From the IMG/VR virus record IMGVR_UViG_3300005337_000018: a stretch of DNA of 22,235 nucleotides; one strand, given 5' to 3'. Numbering within the stretch: position 1 is the first letter of the stretch; every line of letters begins with the position of its first letter. A program made the translations under genes and the position numbers. Shown here piece after piece: positions 9,057 through 15,403 of this stretch. A model generated the notes under the pieces. It saw nothing but the letters and a program-made list of their open reading frames with translations, was not told where the DNA came from and made no database searches. This stretch comes from an uncultured virus (IMG/VR IMGVR_UViG_3300005337_000018). Lineage: Duplodnaviria > Heunggongvirae > Uroviricota > Caudoviricetes.

Positions 9057-9416
9057 ATGGCCTCGTTCCCACCCATCATCCGCTGCAACGGTGTGCACCC
9101 CGGCGAGACCATGGATCCGGAGGACATGGCCCGGCTCCTCGAGCGCATCGGCGGCAAGGATCCGTTCAACGTCCCGGTCTGCACCCAACCCGGCCGCAAG
9201 GTCCACGGCGTGCACACCCGGATGCCCTACCCGATCCTGCAGATGATCGACAGCGGCGAGCTGCACGATCTGCTCGAGTTGATGGTCGCCGCGGCCGTGA
9301 ACTCCGGGGAATCGACGGTCACCCTGTGGGTGGCGGACGAGATGAGTCCCTACTACCCCCACCTCAAACTCGACATGTCCTGGGACATACCGAGACCCGA
9401 CCTGGAAAGAGGCTGA
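9057..9416 (+). CDS. Hypothetical protein (119 aa)
   Basis: MASFPPIIRCNG...; GC3-rich codons; first gene of the plus-strand block. Confidence 0.75.
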   Translation: MASFPPIIRCNGVHPGETMDPEDMARLLERIGGKDPFNVPVCTQPGRKVHGVHTRMPYPILQMIDSGELHDLLELMVAAAVNSGESTVTLWVADEMSPYYPHLKLDMSWDIPRPDLERG

Positions 9417-9421
9417 ACCGC

Positions 9422-9649
9422 ATGGAGTTTGGAGTCGGAAGCATCGGGCTCGCCGCCCTGATCACCTCGGTCGGGGGTGAGGTGGACGAAATCGACGGCA
9501 CAGTGAGGATCCTGACCGCGGAGTACCCGAACCCGGAGGATTACGCCTCGATCGTCCGGCAGGCCCACGGTGCGCTCGGTCGTTACCGGGACCGCATCAA
9601 GAAGGAGGAGTTGACGGTTGATGGCGTGGTCGATGCCCAGCCCGAATGA
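9422..9649 (+). CDS. Hypothetical protein (75 aa)
   Basis: MEFGVGSIGLAAL...; AAGAGG upstream; 5 nt after the previous stop. Confidence 0.7.
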   Translation: MEFGVGSIGLAALITSVGGEVDEIDGTVRILTAEYPNPEDYASIVRQAHGALGRYRDRIKKEELTVDGVVDAQPE

Positions 9650-10106
9650 CATACCGATCCTGCGGCCCAAGCCGCGGGCCCTGTTCCACTACACCTGCGA
9701 GCACACCCGCAAGACGGTCGGCCAGAACGGGCTGATCCGTCCGGCGAACCAACTGATGGACCCGCACGTCCTCGCCGAAGGCAGCGACGTGTCCCAGCTC
9801 CTCACCTCGGTGAGCTGGTGGTCGACGCACGGCGACATCGGCAAGCACAACGCCCACCTGGTCGGACTGAACAACCCGGACTTCCGCTGCGAGCGCTGGG
9901 CCTACCGCTACCGCGCGGTGCACAACGAAGTGGAGCGCATGGTGCCCTGGGAGGTGGAACAACTCGCCTGGCCGGAACACATCGCGGAGGCGGTCAACTC
10001 CTGGCACGGCGCGGAACCGCTGTCCTGGTACGTCTCGACCAAGCCGGTGCTCGCGCTCTACTCGCCGATCAAGGTCGGTGGCTGGGCCGGTCTGGTCAGT
10101 TCCTGA
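9633..10106 (+). CDS. Hypothetical protein, possible ADP-ribosyltransferase-like fold
   Basis: LFHYT...GLIRP...VSWWS pattern resembles H-Y-type ART folds; strong GC3 bias; start uncertain (9618-9633). Confidence 0.55.
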   Translation: MPSPNDIPILRPKPRALFHYTCEHTRKTVGQNGLIRPANQLMDPHVLAEGSDVSQLLTSVSWWSTHGDIGKHNAHLVGLNNPDFRCERWAYRYRAVHNEVERMVPWEVEQLAWPEHIAEAVNSWHGAEPLSWYVSTKPVLALYSPIKVGGWAGLVSS

Positions 10107-10107
10107 C

Positions 10108-10137
10108 TTGACAGCAAGTGCTACCAACCTGCATACT
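10108..10137 (+). promoter_or_regulatory. SigA-type promoter TTGACA-N18-CATACT
   Basis: Consensus -35 at 10108-10113 and -10 at 10132-10137, upstream of AGGAAGGGAG SD. Confidence 0.7.
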
Positions 10138-10168
10138 GTTGGTGTCAACAGAACAGGAAGGGAGCACC

Positions 10169-10540
10169 ATGAGTGCCTACGAAATTGCCGCCAAGTACGG
10201 GGTGGTCGAGACCAACGGGTTAACCGGTCCGGTCAACTACGACGCCTTCGCGCCGGGCGACATCACCGCCGACGAGCTGGCCGCCCGCGGCGGCCGCTTC
10301 ACCCGGATCCGCCTGCTCACCGAGCGGGGCTACCCGAACATGGACATCAGTTACATCCATGCCGAGGTCGACGGCGTCCCGCACCACGTCCGGATCGACT
10401 TCGACAGCCACAGCCTGCGGCGCAAGACCTACAGGTCCGACCTGCAAGCCGCGCTGATCCGCGACTGCGGCATCACCAAGGCCGACGTCAACCGGCTCGG
10501 TGTCTGGAACGACGGGACCTACTCGATCCTGTACGGCTGA
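10169..10540 (+). CDS. Hypothetical protein (123 aa) in its own expression unit
   Basis: Strong SD, GC3-rich codons, TRIRLL..GYP..DISY motif; promoter upstream and terminator downstream. Confidence 0.85.
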   Translation: MSAYEIAAKYGVVETNGLTGPVNYDAFAPGDITADELAARGGRFTRIRLLTERGYPNMDISYIHAEVDGVPHHVRIDFDSHSLRRKTYRSDLQAALIRDCGITKADVNRLGVWNDGTYSILYG

Positions 10541-10547
10541 CAGCAGA

Positions 10548-10580
10548 AACCCCCCGGCGGAAAGAAGTCGCCGGGGGGTT
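10548..10580. terminator. Intrinsic terminator hairpin (possibly bidirectional)
   Basis: AACCCCCCGGCG / CGCCGGGGGGTT 12-bp perfect stem starting 7 nt after stop 10540. Confidence 0.8.
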
Positions 10581-10768
10581 CCCGTGTCGAGACCAGGTCA
10601 CCTCTGGTGTGTTCGACTGCTGACCGCGGCACCGAGCCATGAGGAACATTTCCAGCGCTGCGTCACCAGGTGCGGATCGGCGCTGCCGGATCGGAATCCA
10701 ACGGACCTCGGATACGGGGGAAAGCAGCACCAGGATGCCACGACACGCCCAGCCCGCGCAACTATTAG

Positions 10769-10796
10769 TTGAGTACCGACGACATTCGAGTAGGGT
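10769..10796 (+). promoter_or_regulatory. Candidate promoter TTGAGT-N16-TAGGGT, leaderless
   Basis: -10 ends 6 nt before ATG 10803. Confidence 0.5.
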
Positions 10797-10802
10797 CCTC
10801 CC

Positions 10803-10997
10803 ATGATGTTCGCGCTCCCCGCCGTCCGCTCCACCACCTGGGTGTCCAACGCCGACGGCCGCACCGTTCACCTCGTCGCGCTGATCGTGGTCGCGCCCGA
10901 GGAACTCGGCAAACGAACCCTGCTCTACGGGGTCGACAGTTTCGGGAACTGGCTCACGGCCGGGCCCGCCAAGGACCAAGGGAAGATCATCCAATGA
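10803..10997 (+). CDS. Hypothetical protein (64 aa)
   Basis: First of four ATGA-coupled ORFs. Confidence 0.7.
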   Translation: MMFALPAVRSTTWVSNADGRTVHLVALIVVAPEELGKRTLLYGVDSFGNWLTAGPAKDQGKIIQ

Positions 10998-11182
10998 AGG
11001 AACCGTCCCTGGCATCACTCATTGCCCTGGGAGCGTTGTACGCGGCCGTAGGAGCCGACCCGGAGGAAGCCGAAGCCATGGATGCCATCGTTGCCGAGCA
11101 CCCGCGTCCGAGAACACCGGCCGAAGCGATGAAGATTGCGCGGGACGCTCTGCGCGAGTTGCGAGAAGGGGACGAAACATGA
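10994..11182 (+). CDS. Hypothetical protein (62 aa)
   Basis: MKEPSLASLIALG...; ATGA overlaps at both ends. Confidence 0.7.
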   Translation: MKEPSLASLIALGALYAAVGADPEEAEAMDAIVAEHPRPRTPAEAMKIARDALRELREGDET

Positions 11183-11355
11183 TCGCTCGAACCATCGTCA
11201 TCGCCGGAGCCGTGCTGTTCCTCGGCTGCCTGGTTGTCATTCTGGTCGGGAACGCAGCGGCACGTTCCTGGGGCGGAATCGTCGGAGCGGGATTGATCGC
11301 CGCGGCCATCACTGGATTGGCCGCGAGCAAGGACCGTGACAGCCGCGAGGCATGA
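11179..11355 (+). CDS. Small 2-TM membrane protein (58 aa)
   Basis: Not in the track. MIARTIVIAGAVLFLGCLVVILVGNAAARSWGGIVGAGLIAAAITGLAASKDRDSREA; ATGA overlaps, GAAGGGGA SD. Confidence 0.7.
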   Translation: MIARTIVIAGAVLFLGCLVVILVGNAAARSWGGIVGAGLIAAAITGLAASKDRDSREA

Positions 11356-11486
11356 GCCTGGCGTGCTGGCGCGGCCAGCACAGCAAGTGCCCGGATGCCG
11401 GGCTACCGACCGAGGAATGTTGGTGCGACTGCGGGTGCCACCTAGCCAGCGTCGATGACGACAACCTCGGCATCGATGACTCCTGA
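11352..11486 (+). CDS. Cys/His-rich mini-protein (44 aa)
   Basis: Not in the track. MSLACWRGQHSKCPDAGLPTEECWCDCGCHLASVDDDNLGIDDS; ATGA overlap; 3' end overlaps terS convergently. Confidence 0.6.
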   Translation: MSLACWRGQHSKCPDAGLPTEECWCDCGCHLASVDDDNLGIDDS

Positions 11487-12233
11487 GTCCTCGGTCGCCG
11501 CGTAACTGAAACCACCGCCGAACTCGTCCCCGTCCTCGGTGTTCTCGATGGCGACCGGAGCCAGTGCCTTGAGCCGGGCCCGCACGACGTCGGCGAGCGA
11601 CTCGGTCTGCTCGGCCCTGGTCGCGGCCAGCACATCCTGCGGAATGACAGCGATCTGGACCTCCGGCTTGCCGACCAGCCCGACCCGGTCCAGGATCGCG
11701 GTCGCCGCGGTCACCCGGGCCAGCTCCGACCGGCCGTTGTTCGCCACGTCCAGCAGCGCGGTGGCCGCCGACGGCGCACCACCGGCGAGGATCGTCCACG
11801 CGGTCTGGATGTCCGTGGGCCCACCGGGCTTGACCACGCTCGAGCGCCGCGCCCGATCGGCCTGCCCGAGCAACCGGATCCGGTACTGCGACAGCGCCAG
11901 CGCCATCCGCTGCGCGACGAGATCCCCGTTGATCGCCTTGGTGTACGCACCGCGCCAGAGCGAGGTGACTCGCTCCAACTCGACGGCGAGGTTGATCGGC
12001 GTGTCCGGATTCCGGCGCTCCAGCTCCTCCTCGACCAGCGTGACCGCCTGATCGAGCGTCACATGCAGCTCGGCCGCGATCTGCACATGGGTCATCCCGG
12101 ACAGGTACAGGTCGACGGCCTGAACCCCGAGTGGATCGGGAAGGACGTCTTCTTCCTCCGCCGGATCGGTCATGGCCCGCAGCTTACTGCCCAGTTGAGA
12201 CCGCTGACCTCTCCGAATGACACGCTTCGCCAA
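11442..12233 (-). CDS. Putative terminase small subunit (HTH plus two TerS-like modules)
   Basis: HTH DLYLSGMTHVQIAAELHV; ELERV..LW....KAINGD...RIRLLG; second module ARVTAATAILDRVG; start either TTG 12233 or ATG 12173. Confidence 0.65.
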   Translation of the reverse strand: MAKRVIRRGQRSQLGSKLRAMTDPAEEEDVLPDPLGVQAVDLYLSGMTHVQIAAELHVTLDQAVTLVEEELERRNPDTPINLAVELERVTSLWRGAYTKAINGDLVAQRMALALSQYRIRLLGQADRARRSSVVKPGGPTDIQTAWTILAGGAPSAATALLDVANNGRSELARVTAATAILDRVGLVGKPEVQIAVIPQDVLAATRAEQTESLADVVRARLKALAPVAIENTEDGDEFGGGFSYAATEDSGVIDAEVVVIDAG

Positions 12234-12242
12234 CGGTTGATG

Positions 12243-12437
12243 TCACACATCCGGAGATACGTCGTCTGTAAGAAGTCGGGGAGAGCTTCGCTCATCGGAA
12301 TGGCACTCGCATCGGCAATCACCACCCCATCGCCAGGGCAGCGCATCGCACGATGAGTGTTGCCCGCCGCGACAGTCCAATCGCATATGTGGTGGCCGGT
12401 CGTCTCCCGGCGACCGCGGCTTCGGGATTCGTCCCAT
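12243..12437 (-). CDS. Cys/His-rich small protein (64 aa)
   Basis: CRGGQHSSC...CRCECH; CACTCT 6 nt upstream of the ATG. Confidence 0.6.
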   Translation of the reverse strand: MGRIPKPRSPGDDRPPHMRLDCRGGQHSSCDALPWRWGGDCRCECHSDERSSPRLLTDDVSPDV

Positions 12438-12462
12438 GCGTACAGAGTGCCCTAATTGATCT

Positions 12463-13212
12463 TCACTCCTGCACGCACACCAGAACCGGCAGATCCCGGT
12501 CCACCGGGGCGCGCTGGTGTACCTCCACCTCGGCCTGAATCCAACCCGAGGGACAAGGCAGCGCGGTCGGAGTCAGTTCGATGGTGCCGGGTGGACCGGT
12601 AGGCCCGATCTGCCCGGACGGCCCCGGCGCACCTGTCGGGCCTGGTGTTCCCGGTGGACCGGTCGGTCCGGCCGGACCTGTGGGACCTGATGGCCCGGTT
12701 GCCCCGGTCGCACCCGGCTCACCGCTGGGTCCGGGTGGGCCTGTTGCCCCGGTCGGACCGGGCGCTCCGGTGGGCCCTGCCGGGCCAGCCGGTCCCGGGG
12801 CTCCGCTCGAGCCCGGAGCGCCGTCCGCTCCCGGCACACCGTTCACCCCCGGCGGCCCCTGATCGCCCTGTGGGCCTTGCGGACCGACCGGGCCGGTGTC
12901 TCCGGGTACCCCGGGTGGCCCCGGACCCCCTGGTGCCCCGTCAGAACCATCGTTCCCGTCGGTTCCGTCCACGCCGTCCTGTCCGTCCTGACCGTCGGCA
13001 CCGGGCTCACCTTGGGGGCCAGCCGGACCCTGCGGACCGGAGGGACCCGGCTGACCCTGCTCAGTGACTACCACGGCGGCCGGTGGAACGGGGGCTGACG
13101 GGGGCGTCGTGTCAACCCCCGCCAGCGCTTGCCAGCCGAACACTCCGATGAGCACGACGGTGGTGCCCGCCGCCGCCATGCCCATCGCGTAGATCGGGCG
13201 GGTCAGATCCAT
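12463..13212 (-). CDS. Membrane-anchored collagen-like protein of the lysis cassette
   Basis: N-terminal hydrophobic helix, long GXY run, C-terminal CPSGW...LVC; starts immediately after the holin-like stop. Confidence 0.85.
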   Translation of the reverse strand: MDLTRPIYAMGMAAAGTTVVLIGVFGWQALAGVDTTPPSAPVPPAAVVVTEQGQPGPSGPQGPAGPQGEPGADGQDGQDGVDGTDGNDGSDGAPGGPGPPGVPGDTGPVGPQGPQGDQGPPGVNGVPGADGAPGSSGAPGPAGPAGPTGAPGPTGATGPPGPSGEPGATGATGPSGPTGPAGPTGPPGTPGPTGAPGPSGQIGPTGPPGTIELTPTALPCPSGWIQAEVEVHQRAPVDRDLPVLVCVQE

Positions 13213-13458
13213 TCAGTCACTCGACGGGGGTTTCTTGCCGCGCCCGAGTGAATGACCGGCGATGAGTCCGAGCACCGCACCGAGCAATGTGGTCACGATC
13301 GAACTCAGGGACGAAACCGCACCGCTGGTGTCGACCTCCGGATGCACCGTCTCAATCACCACAATGCCACCGGTCATCAACAGCAGAATGACACAGACCG
13401 TTCCGGTGATCATCAGGACCATCACCTCGATGACGGGTCGCTTGGGCCCCTCCCCCAT
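13213..13458 (-). CDS. Putative holin (2 TM, basic C-terminus)
   Basis: 81 aa, two hydrophobic segments, GRGKK tail, GGAGG SD, directly after the endolysins. Confidence 0.7.
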   Translation of the reverse strand: MGEGPKRPVIEVMVLMITGTVCVILLLMTGGIVVIETVHPEVDTSGAVSSLSSIVTTLLGAVLGLIAGHSLGRGKKPPSSD

Positions 13459-13472
13459 CAGGGCCTCCCGAA

Positions 13473-14264
13473 TCAGGTCGCGTTGTCGACCCTTGTCATG
13501 CGGTACGCAGCGCGGCCGGTGTACGTGGCGCTCGCCCCCAGCGCGTCGGTGATGGAGCCTTTCACCTGCGTCTCCTTGCCCGACCCGGCGTCCGTCTTGT
13601 TGTACGAGACGATCTTGTCGGTGCGCATCCTGTCCAGCACTGCGTCCGCGATCTTCTCGGTGTCGGTCTCATCCATCTCATCGATGTCCGGCAGCACACC
13701 CGGCCGCCATTGCCCGTAGTCGTCGGCATACGCCCGGTCAAGATCGACGTTGGCCCCGACCAGTTGGACGTTGTTGCTGTACTGCCAGAGCTTCGCCCGC
13801 GGATCCCGGGTGTCGGACCAGGCGTAGGTCTGCCACGCCCAGTCGGTCACCCCGCGGTCCAGCATCTCGGTGACCACCGCCTCGCCGCCGTACATCCCGG
13901 CCACGTAGGGCGACAAGTGCGCGGCGTACTCGAGCAGAAAGTCCTCGATGGCGTTGAACTGGCTCGACTGCGCGTCGAAGTCCACCGCGAAATAGATCGG
14001 ACGTCCGGCCGGTACGCCAACCGACTTTGCCTGCTTCACCGACTCTGCGGCGCACCACTGCGCGGATGGCGTCGTCTGGCCATGCCCGGCTTCCCACACG
14101 ACCACCCACCAGAGCCCGGCTTTCGCCCCGGCGTCCGCTTCGGCTCGGGTGAGGTTCTTGACCGGTTCATCCGAAAGATACCGGCAGGCGAAATGCTTTC
14201 CCGCGGAAACCAACTTCGCGGGATCCGGCCGGTCGTAGGAGTAGTCGACGCCTTCCAGAGCCAC
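13473..14264 (-). CDS. Endolysin, GH25-like/DUF1906 (Rv2525c-like) glycoside hydrolase plus shared C-terminal domain
   Basis: GVDYS, FACRYL, KNLT, IYFAVDFD, GMYGG, WQTYAWS, VDLD motifs. Confidence 0.88.
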   Translation of the reverse strand: MALEGVDYSYDRPDPAKLVSAGKHFACRYLSDEPVKNLTRAEADAGAKAGLWWVVVWEAGHGQTTPSAQWCAAESVKQAKSVGVPAGRPIYFAVDFDAQSSQFNAIEDFLLEYAAHLSPYVAGMYGGEAVVTEMLDRGVTDWAWQTYAWSDTRDPRAKLWQYSNNVQLVGANVDLDRAYADDYGQWRPGVLPDIDEMDETDTEKIADAVLDRMRTDKIVSYNKTDAGSGKETQVKGSITDALGASATYTGRAAYRMTRVDNAT

Positions 14265-14268
14265 CGGC

Positions 14269-14478
14269 TCAGGTCTTGTTGTCGACCGACGTCGCGCGGT
14301 AGGCAGCGCGACCCGAGTAAGTCGCGGAGGTACCGAGAGCGTCGGTGATCGACCCCTTGACCTGGGTCTCCTTACCGCTGCCCGCGTCGGTCTTGTTGTA
14401 CGAAACGATGTCGTCCTCGCGCATCTTCTTGATCACCGCGGTGGCGACCTTCTCGATGTCGTCGCTGCTCAAAGCCAT
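14269..14478 (-). CDS. Predicted in-frame internal product: stand-alone endolysin C-terminal domain (69 aa)
   Basis: GGAGGAG (14487-14493) 8 nt before in-frame ATG 14478, at the GGGDDD-M linker. Confidence 0.6.
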   Translation of the reverse strand: MALSSDDIEKVATAVIKKMREDDIVSYNKTDAGSGKETQVKGSITDALGTSATYSGRAAYRATSVDNKT

Positions 14479-15111
14479 GTCGTCGTCTCCTCCGCCGTCC
14501 ATGTACCGCTGCACGTTCTTGACCAGGTCCTGACCCTGCTTGCTACCGGAGGCAACCCCGCCCTCCCACGACATGTCGATCTTCCGGTTCGACCAGGCGT
14601 AGTGGTTGATCGCCCGGTTCGCGCTGTAGCCCCACTGCATGAACTCGGCCGCGTTGATGGCGAACATGATCTGCAGCATCACGTTCGGCCACGGCGTCGA
14701 GTCACCCGGGTGCTGGCACTCGGTCCCGGAGTAGGACTGGTTGCCGGACATGTCCCCGGCCGACCCGGCGACGGCGTAGTTCGGCTGGTCCTGCTTGGTC
14801 CGGTTCAGCACCGAGGAGTTGCCGGTCCCGGCGTGATTCATCGGACCGGTGCCGATCAGGTACGCCTTCCCGTTGACGTCGGCGAACCAGTTGACGGTGG
14901 ACCCGCTGGCGAGAGTCGAGACCAGACTGTTGATGTAGCTCTGGTCCGGGTTCAGGCTGCAGACGTAGTGGTGGTTGACATGGCCGACCGGCTTGCCGTT
15001 CGACCACCCGGTGCCGTTGCTCCGGCCGTAGCAACCGGAGTATTCGGTGACGTTGAATCCCCAGTCGCGCAACCGCTTGACGATCGCCTTGAAGTCGTCG
15101 GTGATGCTCAT
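14269..15111 (-). CDS. Endolysin, N-acetylmuramoyl-L-alanine amidase (Amidase_2-like) plus shared C-terminal domain
   Basis: NHHY, NHAGTG, GTE, INHYAWSNRKID match the actinophage amidase pattern HHT..HAG..GIE..GHKEW..KxD; ATG 15111 in an ATGA overlap. Confidence 0.85.
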   Translation of the reverse strand: MSITDDFKAIVKRLRDWGFNVTEYSGCYGRSNGTGWSNGKPVGHVNHHYVCSLNPDQSYINSLVSTLASGSTVNWFADVNGKAYLIGTGPMNHAGTGNSSVLNRTKQDQPNYAVAGSAGDMSGNQSYSGTECQHPGDSTPWPNVMLQIMFAINAAEFMQWGYSANRAINHYAWSNRKIDMSWEGGVASGSKQGQDLVKNVQRYMDGGGDDDMALSSDDIEKVATAVIKKMREDDIVSYNKTDAGSGKETQVKGSITDALGTSATYSGRAAYRATSVDNKT

Positions 15112-15353
15112 CCTTCTTCGCCCTCCGCGTCTCCGCCCTCCCGGACGATCCGCCCGTCGGCCAGGCGCACGAAGCCACGCTCCACCCAAAGCTGACGGAG
15201 TAGGTGAGCGAGAATGGCCCGCCGGACCTTCGGGTCCGGATCCATCCGCTCGACCAGCAGTTGGATGTCGACGTCGATGCCGCCGTCCCCGCCGTCCCCT
15301 TCGGTGTCGCCGCGGGGTAGGAGGCGTTCGCGCTCGTCTCCGGGTTCGGTCAT
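15108..15353 (-). CDS. Small acidic protein coupled to the amidase (81 aa)
   Basis: MTEPGDERERLL...; GAGAAGGGA SD; its TGA overlaps the amidase ATG. Confidence 0.7.
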   Translation of the reverse strand: MTEPGDERERLLPRGDTEGDGGDGGIDVDIQLLVERMDPDPKVRRAILAHLLRQLWVERGFVRLADGRIVREGGDAEGEEG

Positions 15354-15360
15354 GGGGCAT

Positions 15361-15392
15361 CCCTTCTCATCAGGGCTGATGCGGGAAGGGTA
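15361..15392 (-). promoter_or_regulatory. Candidate -10 TACCCT plus SD-occluding hairpin upstream of the lysis operon
   Basis: mRNA CCCUUC-CCG-CAUCA-GCCC-UGAUG-A-GAAGGG; -10 at 15387-15392 overlaps the 5' arm. Confidence 0.5.
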
Positions 15393-15403
15393 CCTCTTGC
15401 GGG

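Noticed and set aside
10143..10148. Minus-strand TTGACA as a divergent promoter
   Set aside because: No TANNNT at 16-18 nt spacing and no minus-strand gene downstream; treated as an inverted-repeat arm
10581..10768. ~190-nt spacer as ncRNA, tRNA or small CDS
   Set aside because: No cloverleaf or T-loop, no convincing long stems, and no ORF with SD or codon bias; left unassigned
8941..11486. Plus-strand island as an invertible segment or mobile element
   Set aside because: No recombinase or transposase, and no flanking inverted repeats or target duplication seen
12580..13050. 9-nt periodic repeats (also 7200-8420) as possible CRISPR or VNTR
   Set aside because: Explained by collagen Gly-X-Y coding; no constant repeat with unique spacers
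13473..14478. Lysin tail duplication as a DGR template/variable repeat pair
   Set aside because: Differences are synonymous and not adenine-specific; both copies are coding; no reverse transcriptase in the window
15112..15360. Arg-rich N-terminal extension of the amidase in the track
   Set aside because: Alternative frame of the 81-aa gene; ATG 15111 has an SD and an ATGA overlap
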